In this document: positions 17,269 through 24,749 of the stretch, piece by piece | Layout of the letters: each line of letters starts with the position of its first letter | How positions within the stretch are numbered: the stretch's first letter is position 1 | DNA from: Archangiaceae bacterium | GTDB lineage: Bacteria; Myxococcota; Myxococcia; Myxococcales; Myxococcaceae | Length of the DNA stretch: 24,749 nt | Assembly (NCBI GenBank): GCA_043750125.1 | Contig: JAYVCD010000426.1 | Coordinates: 1-24,749 of the forward strand | Reading direction: 5' to 3' | The notes under the pieces: model-generated | What the model saw: the letters and a program-made list of their open reading frames with translations, nothing else | The model's database searches: none | What the model was told of the DNA's origin: nothing | Position numbers and translations under genes: made by a program

Positions 17269-20166
17269 TCAGAATTCGACCTTCACTGTACCGAAGACGA
17301 AGACTCCTTCGCGCGGTACGCCGGCGGTAATGCGATCGGGCCGGGGCACGTCGTCGGCGTAGTCGAAGTCGAAGACGTTCTGCGCGATCACCGCGAGCTC
17401 CACATGATCGAACAGCAGCTCGCTGCGAAGAGCCGCCCCGACCAACAGGTACCCCGGCAAACGGTAGCGACGGATGAGCTCGAGGGTCGACCGGCTGTTG
17501 TTGCGACGCTCGGCTGCGAACCGGGTCGTTACGTCGAAGTTCAAGTACGGCCCCAACGGCAACGAGAACCCGGCATTGAGCCGCGCCTGCGGTGTGACGG
17601 TGAGCAGCCGCCCCGCCGGCAGCGTGGCGTTGTCTTCGGCACGGAAGAAGCTCGCGTTGACGAACACCGCGCTTCGACCCGACAGCTCAGCCCGGGCTTC
17701 TGCCTCGAAGCCGAAGACCCGCACGCCCTGGGGGCGGTTCGAGTAGGGCACCAGGTTGCCGGTGAGATCGACCGGCTGAATCGGGTTCGAGAAGTTCTGA
17801 AAGAAGCCCGTCGCCCGCACTTTCACCCGGGCGTCCCCTACGGTCTGCGCGTACTCGAACCCGGCCTCGACCGAGTCGACGGTCGCCGGGGCCAGCGCGG
17901 GGTTTCCGACGATTCGCCCCTGATTGCTGTCGGAATTCGGAATGGTCTCAGAGAGCTCTTGCGGAGTCGGGGCCCGAAAAGCGCGGCCATAGTTCGCTTT
18001 GAGCGCGAGGGAATGAATGGGCGCGAAGACGATGCCTGCGCGTGGCCCGAAGCCGGCGGCGATCGCGCTGCCGGTGATCGCCCCCGCGGCCGACGTAGGC
18101 AGCGCAATGACGTCGGCGCGGAGGCCCACTTCGATGGTCAGCCGATCGAAGGGGGTAAAGACGTCCTGGACGAAAGCCCCAAGGCCAAAGCGGGAAGCGG
18201 CCGCTCCGGTGCCTTCGGTGGGGTAGAGCAAACCTGCGGGTCGCGACAGGCCCATCGGGTTGTAGAGGTTGGTGCCGGGCTCGTAGTTCGACAGGTATTG
18301 AAACCCGAACAGGCTCGCCAGCTCGGCCGACACCCCGAGGGTGAGGCGATTGTTGGCGGGCAGGGCCAGCTCGGCTCCGACTTCACCTCCGAAACTGCGG
18401 GTGCTGACTGAGATCTCTTCGACGATTCCCTCGGGGAAGTACGTCAGGACGTTCAGAGCGTTGACCTGGTACTCGCGCGGCGAGAGCTGAAAGTGCCGTC
18501 GAGTGGACTGCTGATCGTAGAAGGCGCGGACCCGAAACTTGCCGGACTCGCCCAACTTCCGTTCGAAGGCGAGGTCGATGAGCAGCGTCGTCCAGTCGAG
18601 TTTCGACTCGGTGCCCAGGGTGTCGTACTGCCCGATCAAGGCGCCGCGGCTCTCGAGCAGGTACCGTGCGCCAGCGCTGATTTTCCCGAGTCCATCGCGG
18701 CTGAACTCGACGCCGCCTCCGACGTTGACGAGCAGGCGATTGTCATTGGTGAACCCGGCGGGGTCCTGCAGGTCTCGTTTGCCCTGAGCGGCGGTGTTCG
18801 AATCGAGCGCATCTTTGAGCACCGGCTTGCGCGAGCCGGCCTGCTTGACGACATCGGCGTCCACGTACGCTTTCAGAGTGCCGAATGTTTTCGCTGCCCC
18901 GAGGTGGCCTTCGTACGTTTCCCACAGACCGACAGCGCCGCCGGCGCGAATGCCGTCATCGCGGCGGGTCACCAGGTTCACGATCCCGATGAAATTTCCG
19001 AGGCCGAAGTTCGCTGTTGCGGGGCCACGGTAGACCTCGATCTTCTCGAAGTTTTCGATCGGAAGATTCGCGAGCGCGTGGCCATCGTAAAAGTTGTTGA
19101 GCTTGTGGCCGTCGATCAGGAACAGGACTTCGGCGTCGCTGCGCAGGCCGCGCACGGCCAGGCGGTAGAAGCCCTGCACGTCACGGCTGACAGACAGGCC
19201 GGGAATCAGATCGAGCACGTCGTAGACGGTGCGCGCGCCCAGCTGCTTGAGCCCTGCGGTGGTGTAGGTGCTGATGGTCTGCGGAACGCGGGAGGCCTTT
19301 TCGTCGATTCGGGTGGCGACTCCGGTGCTGTCTTCGGCGCCGTAGATCGCGAGCTCCTCTTCGATTTCCGAACGCTTCCGGGGCGGCTCGTTCTTGCGCG
19401 GCGCTTCCCGGGGCTCTTCCTTCCGGGGCTCCTCTTTCAAAGGCCCTTCTGCCTTTGCCTCTTCCTTCTTCGTTTCTTTCCGGGGCCCTTCGATTTTGGC
19501 CTCTTCTTTCTTCGGCGCTTCTTTCCGGGGCCCTTCCTCGGCGACTTCTTCCTTTTTTGCAGCGTCCACCCGGGCCGGTTCCTTTCGGGGAGCTTCCTCT
19601 TTGCGTGGCTCGGCCGCCCTCGGCTCTTCCTTCCGTTCGACGTGCTCGGCCGAAAGGGCCTCTTCTTCCCGGCACTTCTTGTCTTTCTTCTTGCACTTCT
19701 TCTTTGGCTTCTTCGGGGGCTCGGCCTTGACGGGTTCTTCCCGGGCCTCGTCCTTCGGGTCGGGCTTCACCGTCCCGTCCGGGGTGAGGACGAAGACCCG
19801 GGCAGGCTTACCGGCGGTCATGAAGAGCGCGGTGCGTTCGCCTCCCTCGCTGATTCCTTCGACGTAGTACTCGATGCCCGGGGGTCGCATCCGGGCGGCG
19901 GGGATGCTGCCGCGGTAGAGATCGCCGTATTGCAGTTCCATCTTGGCGTCGACGAACTCCTCGCCGGGACCTCGGTAGCGCAGCACCACCTTGTCGAACG
20001 CGGTGCCTCCGACCAAAGAGCCGTCGACCTCGAGGGGCTCTGCGGCCTTCCATTCCTTCGGGAAAGTGTGGATCAACGCCGCTTTGGGCTCTGCGGCCGC
20101 AGCCACCAGGGCGGTCAAACCCAGAAGCAGCGCGGCCGAACGGCAGGCAAAAAAGGATTGCGGCAT
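17269..20166 (-). CDS. TonB-dependent receptor with an N-terminal Ig-like domain and a long Lys/Glu-rich linker
   Basis: Signal peptide from ATG 20166; plug motifs DVLDLIPG, AVRG, VLFLIDG and IEVYRGP; barrel motifs YGRAFRAPT and GNPALAP; C-terminal GTVKVEF. Confidence 0.92.
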   Translation of the reverse strand: MPQSFFACRSAALLLGLTALVAAAAEPKAALIHTFPKEWKAAEPLEVDGSLVGGTAFDKVVLRYRGPGEEFVDAKMELQYGDLYRGSIPAARMRPPGIEYYVEGISEGGERTALFMTAGKPARVFVLTPDGTVKPDPKDEAREEPVKAEPPKKPKKKCKKKDKKCREEEALSAEHVERKEEPRAAEPRKEEAPRKEPARVDAAKKEEVAEEGPRKEAPKKEEAKIEGPRKETKKEEAKAEGPLKEEPRKEEPREAPRKNEPPRKRSEIEEELAIYGAEDSTGVATRIDEKASRVPQTISTYTTAGLKQLGARTVYDVLDLIPGLSVSRDVQGFYRLAVRGLRSDAEVLFLIDGHKLNNFYDGHALANLPIENFEKIEVYRGPATANFGLGNFIGIVNLVTRRDDGIRAGGAVGLWETYEGHLGAAKTFGTLKAYVDADVVKQAGSRKPVLKDALDSNTAAQGKRDLQDPAGFTNDNRLLVNVGGGVEFSRDGLGKISAGARYLLESRGALIGQYDTLGTESKLDWTTLLIDLAFERKLGESGKFRVRAFYDQQSTRRHFQLSPREYQVNALNVLTYFPEGIVEEISVSTRSFGGEVGAELALPANNRLTLGVSAELASLFGFQYLSNYEPGTNLYNPMGLSRPAGLLYPTEGTGAAASRFGLGAFVQDVFTPFDRLTIEVGLRADVIALPTSAAGAITGSAIAAGFGPRAGIVFAPIHSLALKANYGRAFRAPTPQELSETIPNSDSNQGRIVGNPALAPATVDSVEAGFEYAQTVGDARVKVRATGFFQNFSNPIQPVDLTGNLVPYSNRPQGVRVFGFEAEARAELSGRSAVFVNASFFRAEDNATLPAGRLLTVTPQARLNAGFSLPLGPYLNFDVTTRFAAERRNNSRSTLELIRRYRLPGYLLVGAALRSELLFDHVELAVIAQNVFDFDYADDVPRPDRITAGVPREGVFVFGTVKVEF
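19381..19720 (-). repeat. Degenerate coding repeats (KKEE..EGPRKE, EPRKEE) forming a charged linker
   Basis: Three units of 14-15 aa (KKEEVAEEGPRKEAP, KKEEAKIEGPRKET, KKEEAKAEGPLKEEP) plus KKPKKKCKKKDKKC. Boundaries are approximate. Confidence 0.75.
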
Positions 20167-20258
20167 CGGCTGGCGACGATGGTGGTTCGAAGAGTGCTGC
20201 CAACGCAAGGGTAGAAAACTCGATTGCAGACCCGTCTTCCGGTCTTCTTCACCCATTC

Positions 20259-21899
20259 ATGCGAGCGTCGCTTTCCCTTCAGCAGTCTCTGTATCGCCGT
20301 CAGCAACAGAAGATCCGCCAACTGGTCATCGGGGCGTCCCCGGCTTTCCGCCGGTACGAAGGGGAGTACCGCCGCGCGACCGCGACTTTTCGGCGCAGAG
20401 TGCCGATCGGTGAAGTCCACCAACAGCTGCAGCACGCGGACATCGTGTATGTCGGCGACTACCACACGCTCAAAGCGGCGCAGCAGGGGTACCTGGATCT
20501 GCTCGCCGCGGCGGTCGCGGGTGGGCGTCGGGTGGTCGTCGCGCTGGAGTTCGTCGAAGGAAAACACCAGGCACAGGTCGACGCGCTGATCGCGGGAAGG
20601 CTGAAGGCGCGCGCATTTCTGGACCGCATCGGCCACCCGTACCGGGGGGCTTTCGACGTTTGGCCGCACTTCGAGCCGATCTTCGAGTTCGCCAAGACGC
20701 ACAAGCTCGAGGTGGCCGCGATCGATCGGCGGGCCTCAGGCAGTCGGTCGCTGCAGGTGCGCGATGGCTATGCCGCCAAGCGGATTGCGGCGATCGCGCG
20801 GGAAAAAGATCGGCCGCTGGTGCTGGTCCTGATGGGGCAATTCCACATCGCGCCTGATCATCTGCCCGCGCGGGTAAAGAAGGCGCTGGGCCCGGTCGAA
20901 CGGCAACATCTGATCGTCTACCAGAATGCGGAAGGGGTCTATTGGGCGCTGGCCCGCGAGGGTCGGGCAGACTCGACGCGCGCGGTCGAGGTGCGCCCCG
21001 GCGAGCTGTGCCTGGTCAGCAGCTCTCCGGTGGTCTGCCAGCAGAGCTTTCTGGATTACGTCGAAGCGGAGCTGGGCGATTCTCCTTTGGAGGATCGCGG
21101 CGCGCCGGCCGCCTTTCGTCATCTGGCAAAAGTGATCGGGCAGCTGATTGGCGTCGATGTCTCGTGCGCATTGGAAGAAGTGCAGGTGCTGACCCCGGGC
21201 TCGCTGGGGGCGGGAACCTGGACGGCGCTTGGGAAGCGGGCGGGATTCACCCGGTCCGAGCTCACTGCGCTGGAGCACCACGTGCTGTCCCGCGAGAGCG
21301 CTTACGTCCCGCGGGCGAAGCTTGCGTACCTGGCTTCCCTGTCGCTCAACCACGCGGCCGAAGAAGCCGCTCACTTCGTTCGCCATGTCTGCGTGGGGGC
21401 CGCGATGGATGCGCCGCGTCCACGGGCGGAAGCCTTCTTCGCGCGGTGTCTGGAAGAAGCGCTTGGATTTTTTGGTTCGCGCCTGGTCAATGGGGCGCGA
21501 CGCTGTACCCAGTTGACCGAGTGGACCGAGCTGTTTCATCACGGCGCCGCCGACCATCGGAAGATCGCCGCTTTCGTCCTCGCGCTCAAAGCGGCTGAAG
21601 GCAATGAGCCGGCGTTGGCGAAGCGGTTGGTGCCCAACGACGACGCCTTGTTCCAGGCAGTCAGTCACGCGCTGGGCTACCTGCTGGGGGAAGCGCTTTT
21701 TCGGGCGTTCGATTCAGGTCGGCTGCACCCGCTCGAGGTCCGCGGGCTGTTTGCCGACCCCTTTCGGCTGGCCGCCGAACGGTACTTTGCACTCTGTGCG
21801 CGCTTGTTCGCGCGGGCTTCAAATCAAAGGACCGCCCCCCGAAATCAGGACATCGGCACCGCCTCGAGCCGAATCGGAAGAATCAGGTCCGCTTCGTAG
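20259..21899 (+). CDS. ChaN/EreA-like domain protein with an uncharacterised, possibly zincin-like, C-terminal domain
   Basis: ADIVYVGDYH, VVVALEFV, RD..AA and LVLMGQFHI match the ChaN fold motifs. No signal peptide is evident. Confidence 0.7.
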   Translation: MRASLSLQQSLYRRQQQKIRQLVIGASPAFRRYEGEYRRATATFRRRVPIGEVHQQLQHADIVYVGDYHTLKAAQQGYLDLLAAAVAGGRRVVVALEFVEGKHQAQVDALIAGRLKARAFLDRIGHPYRGAFDVWPHFEPIFEFAKTHKLEVAAIDRRASGSRSLQVRDGYAAKRIAAIAREKDRPLVLVLMGQFHIAPDHLPARVKKALGPVERQHLIVYQNAEGVYWALAREGRADSTRAVEVRPGELCLVSSSPVVCQQSFLDYVEAELGDSPLEDRGAPAAFRHLAKVIGQLIGVDVSCALEEVQVLTPGSLGAGTWTALGKRAGFTRSELTALEHHVLSRESAYVPRAKLAYLASLSLNHAAEEAAHFVRHVCVGAAMDAPRPRAEAFFARCLEEALGFFGSRLVNGARRCTQLTEWTELFHHGAADHRKIAAFVLALKAAEGNEPALAKRLVPNDDALFQAVSHALGYLLGEALFRAFDSGRLHPLEVRGLFADPFRLAAERYFALCARLFARASNQRTAPRNQDIGTASSRIGRIRSAS

Positions 21900-22456
21900 G
21901 CCACGCCCGGAAGCTTCAGCGAACGAAGGTGCTCGGCGATGCAGGCGCCTACCGCAGCCGCACGAGGATCTCCTTCGACGACCCGGGTGTGGCTGACGCG
22001 GCCTTCGGTCGAGATGCTCAGGGAAATCACCACGAAGCCATTGAACACGGCCTGCTTGCGAAGCTCTCTTTCGAAGCAGTTCTCGAACATCGCGCGCTTG
22101 TGGCGCATCGCGAGTCGAAGCGCGTCTTCGGGCACGGCCTGCTCTGAATCCACCACGCTCCCCTTCACCTGCATTTCGCCCTGCTCTGCCCGCCCCGCCA
22201 CGTACAGCGGCGGCGCGACCCACCGTTCACTCGGCTGGCGGGCCTGGGGCTGGGGCTGGGCTGGGCTGGGGTGGAAAATATTCGACGGTCATCAAGTTCT
22301 TCAGTTCCTCGAGCTCTTCGGTGAGGGGCGCTGCGTGTCGGAACCGGGGCTGCTCGAGAGCGGTGGGGCGTTCGTGTCGAACCCACCGCTCCCGAGGAAT
22401 CCTGCACCAGCTCCAATCACCACTGCACCGAAGACGATCCACTGGGTCGTGCGCAT
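21845..22456 (-). CDS. Membrane-anchored AgmX/PglI C-terminal (TonB_C-like) domain protein; frameshifted in this assembly
   Basis: N-terminal TM segment MRTTQWIVFGAVVIGAGAGFLG. C-terminal domain FENCFERELRK...GFVVISLSISTEGRV...VGACIAEHLRSLKLP. Three single-base homopolymer insertions restore one ORF. Confidence 0.7.
22244..22271 (+). repeat. (CTGGG[G])x5 microsatellite, G-quadruplex-capable on the + strand
   Basis: CTGGGG CTGGGG CTGGG CTGGG CTGGGG read directly. Confidence 0.9.
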
Positions 22457-22549
22457 GAGAGGCGACAGTTCATGCGACGTGCCGAGCCTTCGCTCTCGAC
22501 TTGGCGAGCAGTTGCCCTGCAAAGGTCGTGGCGTTTTACCCGCGGTGTT

Positions 22550-23371
22550 TCAAAAATTGCGCGCCACGCTCAATCCTGCCCCATCGGTGCCCGCCCACGG
22601 CTGAACCTCGATCTCGTACTCGCGGGTCAGCTTCCAGGACTGCCAACCGAAGAGCGTCCCGAGCGCCGCGCCCACCACAACGTCCGAAAACCAGTGGGTG
22701 CTCTGCTGGACGCGCGCGATGCCGACCCACAGCGCCAGGCCGTAAAAGAGCGGAGCGAACCTCGGATATTCCTGCGACAGAACCGCCGCAGTTGCGAAAG
22801 CGCTCATGGTGTGGCCCGAAGGCATCGCGTCGGCGGACTCACGCGCAAACCAGTGCTGCTGTCCAGAATCGTAGCTGGGCCGTTCGAGCCGGAAGATTCG
22901 CTTTCCGATGAACGAGGCGATGCCGGTGGCGGCCAGGGCCTGAAGACCGGCAATGCAGACCCGTTGCCCGTCGCGGCCCCCGAGCAGACCGAGGGCCAGA
23001 AAGAGCGTCACATCGACCCAACCTTCGCCCAGGTAGCTGACCCAGTACGAAAGCTTTTGATCGCCGACCACCGGGTTGGGAAGTCGCAGCACGGCGGCGT
23101 GGGTCTGCACGTCGGTGTTGAGCGCGATCACCGTGCCGACGACCGCGGGCACGATCACGAACGCGTCGGTCAGCTCGGGGCGAAAGGGGCGCGCGAGGGT
23201 CGAGGCCGTGTTGAGCAACACGCGGGTGATTGGAATTCGGGGGAAGACGCGGTGAGAAAACAGCGCGGGACGATCGACGGCGCGGGATGCGAGCGACACC
23301 GGCTCAGCCAGTGGGGCGTCGACGGAAGTGATCAATAACGCAAGGGCAACCGCCAACATCGAAGCGCGCAC
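22550..23371 (-). CDS. PAP2 family phosphatase
   Basis: C1 KRIFRLERP, C2 PSGH and C3 RVQQSTHWFSD; signal-like N-terminus. Start is GTG 23371 or ATG 23359. Confidence 0.9.
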   Translation of the reverse strand: MRASMLAVALALLITSVDAPLAEPVSLASRAVDRPALFSHRVFPRIPITRVLLNTASTLARPFRPELTDAFVIVPAVVGTVIALNTDVQTHAAVLRLPNPVVGDQKLSYWVSYLGEGWVDVTLFLALGLLGGRDGQRVCIAGLQALAATGIASFIGKRIFRLERPSYDSGQQHWFARESADAMPSGHTMSAFATAAVLSQEYPRFAPLFYGLALWVGIARVQQSTHWFSDVVVGAALGTLFGWQSWKLTREYEIEVQPWAGTDGAGLSVARNF

Positions 23372-23423
23372 CCTAACCGAATCGGTCGCGTATCGGCGAT
23401 TGAGGACCTAATGTCCGCGCCCC

Positions 23424-24749
23424 ATGGCCGAAGAAGCGCTCATCGAGCAGCTGGCCCCTGGGACTGCCGAAGCCACGCGCGAAGAGTTCGGCCCGATCGG
23501 TCGATGGATGGCGCACCGGTACTTCGAGCAGGTTCGGTTCGCTCCGACGGCGACGGACGTGCTGCGGCGCCTCTACGAGCAGGGTCATGTCGTCCACGTG
23601 ATGCGTTCGACCTCGTGGATCAACTACCTGTACCTGACGTGGGCGCTGGTTCGCCGGGCGCTGCCCCCGATTCGAGCAGTCGTGAACCTGCGACGGTGGT
23701 TTACCCGCCCGTGGTCGAAGACGGCCCAGCGCGGCGACTTCGATGTCCGGATCAACTACGCGCGTCGCAACAACGGGTCGACGCTGGTCTTCATGAAAGA
23801 GAGCGCGATCGGGCGGGCGGCGGGGCGCAACTCGAGCGAGGACCCCTTTCCCGCGTTGGTCGAGCTGGCGAAAAAATCCGACCGTCCCATCTTTCTGGTC
23901 CCCGAGCTCTTCGTCTGGGAAAAATGGAACCAGAAGATCTCACCCAGCCTTTTTGATCGGATCTTCGGCAGCCCCGAGGCCCCCGGTTTTCTCCATTCGC
24001 TGTTGGTGTTCCTGCGCAACTACCATCGGGCTCAGTTCCGGGTCGGAGAGCCGGTCGATTTGAAAGCCTTCGCCGAGGCCAACCCGAACGACCCGGTCGC
24101 GGTGCTGGCGCGCAAGGTCCGCAGCGCACTGCACCACCACCTGGCGCGAGAGACCCGCGCGGTGTTCGGACCTCCGGCGAAGCCCATCGATCGGCTGCTC
24201 GACGAGGCGATGCGCGACAAGGTGTTCCGCGCGACGATCGACGAGGTCGCGCACGAGAAGGGCCGGCCGGTCGAGAGCATCCAGCGCGAGGCCCGCCGCA
24301 ACCTCGACGAGATCGCCGCGCGGTACATGCCGTCGGTCGTGGCGGTCGCGGCGCCGGTGCTGCGCTGGGTCTTCAACCGGATCTACGACGGCATCGAGGT
24401 CGACGAGGCGGGGCTCGAGCGGGCGATGAAGGCCGCGGCGCACACGCCGATCGTGATCACGCCCAGCCACAAGAGCCACATCGCCTACCTGGTGATGAGC
24501 CACGTGATGTGGGAGCGCGGCTACGCGGTGCCGGTCGTCGCCGCCGGAGCCAACCTCTCGTTCTTCCCGCTCGGCATCTTCCTTCGGCGCGGCGGGGCCT
24601 TCTTTCTGCGCCGCACGTTCAAGGGCGACAAGGTCTACGGCGCGGCCTTCAAGGCGTACCTGAAGAAGCTGGTGCACGACGGCATCCACCACGAGTTCTT
24701 CCCCGAGGGCGGCCGCTCGCGCACGGGCAAGCTGCTGCAGCCGAAGCTG
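23424..24749 (+). CDS. plsB: Glycerol-3-phosphate acyltransferase PlsB-like, 3'-truncated by the window (absent from the ORF track)
   Basis: Open from ATG 23424 to the window end. Block I PSHKSHIAYL, AAGANL, block II GAFFLRR and block III EFFPEGGRSRTGKLL.PK. Confidence 0.88.
   Translation, partial: MAEEALIEQLAPGTAEATREEFGPIGRWMAHRYFEQVRFAPTATDVLRRLYEQGHVVHVMRSTSWINYLYLTWALVRRALPPIRAVVNLRRWFTRPWSKTAQRGDFDVRINYARRNNGSTLVFMKESAIGRAAGRNSSEDPFPALVELAKKSDRPIFLVPELFVWEKWNQKISPSLFDRIFGSPEAPGFLHSLLVFLRNYHRAQFRVGEPVDLKAFAEANPNDPVAVLARKVRSALHHHLARETRAVFGPPAKPIDRLLDEAMRDKVFRATIDEVAHEKGRPVESIQREARRNLDEIAARYMPSVVAVAAPVLRWVFNRIYDGIEVDEAGLERAMKAAAHTPIVITPSHKSHIAYLVMSHVMWERGYAVPVVAAGANLSFFPLGIFLRRGGAFFLRRTFKGDKVYGAAFKAYLKKLVHDGIHHEFFPEGGRSRTGKLLQPKL

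Noticed and set aside
19381-19720. Repeated CTTTCCGGGGCCCTTC-like units as a possible CRISPR array
   Set aside because: The units are degenerate, in frame and coding, with similar rather than unique spacers, and there are no cas genes.
20167-20258. Fur box or cobalamin riboswitch upstream of the TonB receptor
   Set aside because: No matching AT-rich palindrome is present, and the 92-bp gap is too short for a B12 riboswitch.

Overview
A GC-rich chromosomal segment, almost certainly from a myxobacterium (Myxococcota), because it carries the tandem cdbA-cdbB ribbon-helix-helix genes. Left to right: (i) a + strand, GTGA-coupled trio of a partial SGNH/DltD-like protein, a CelD/BcsL-type GNAT and an epoxide-hydrolase-type alpha/beta hydrolase; (ii) the minus-strand housekeeping block tilS-ftsH-folP-glmM-(acidic ORF)-(alpha/beta hydrolase)-pdxJ-nnr-tsaE, with a decayed CMD/AhpD pseudogene between ftsH and folP; (iii) a large Ig-domain lipoprotein divergent from cdbA-cdbB; (iv) a minus-strand operon of TonB-dependent receptor, stand-alone 5'-nucleotidase C-terminal-domain lipoprotein and CLC-F type fluoride antiporter; (v) a ChaN-like protein, a frameshifted AgmX/PglI-like gene, a PAP2 phosphatase and a partial plsB. 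The best novelty candidate is a roughly 180-nt + strand non-coding RNA at about 12350-12532 between tilS and the lipoprotein gene. It has its own sigma70-like promoter, a run of hairpins including a C-rich anti-Shine-Dalgarno-like loop, and a + strand intrinsic terminator. The right end shows signs of assembly or sequencing artefacts: homopolymer frameshifts, an abrupt GC3 shift and a D-to-A change at the PlsB catalytic site. No CRISPR array, tRNA, rRNA or mobile element was seen. All family assignments come from motif recognition, not database searches.
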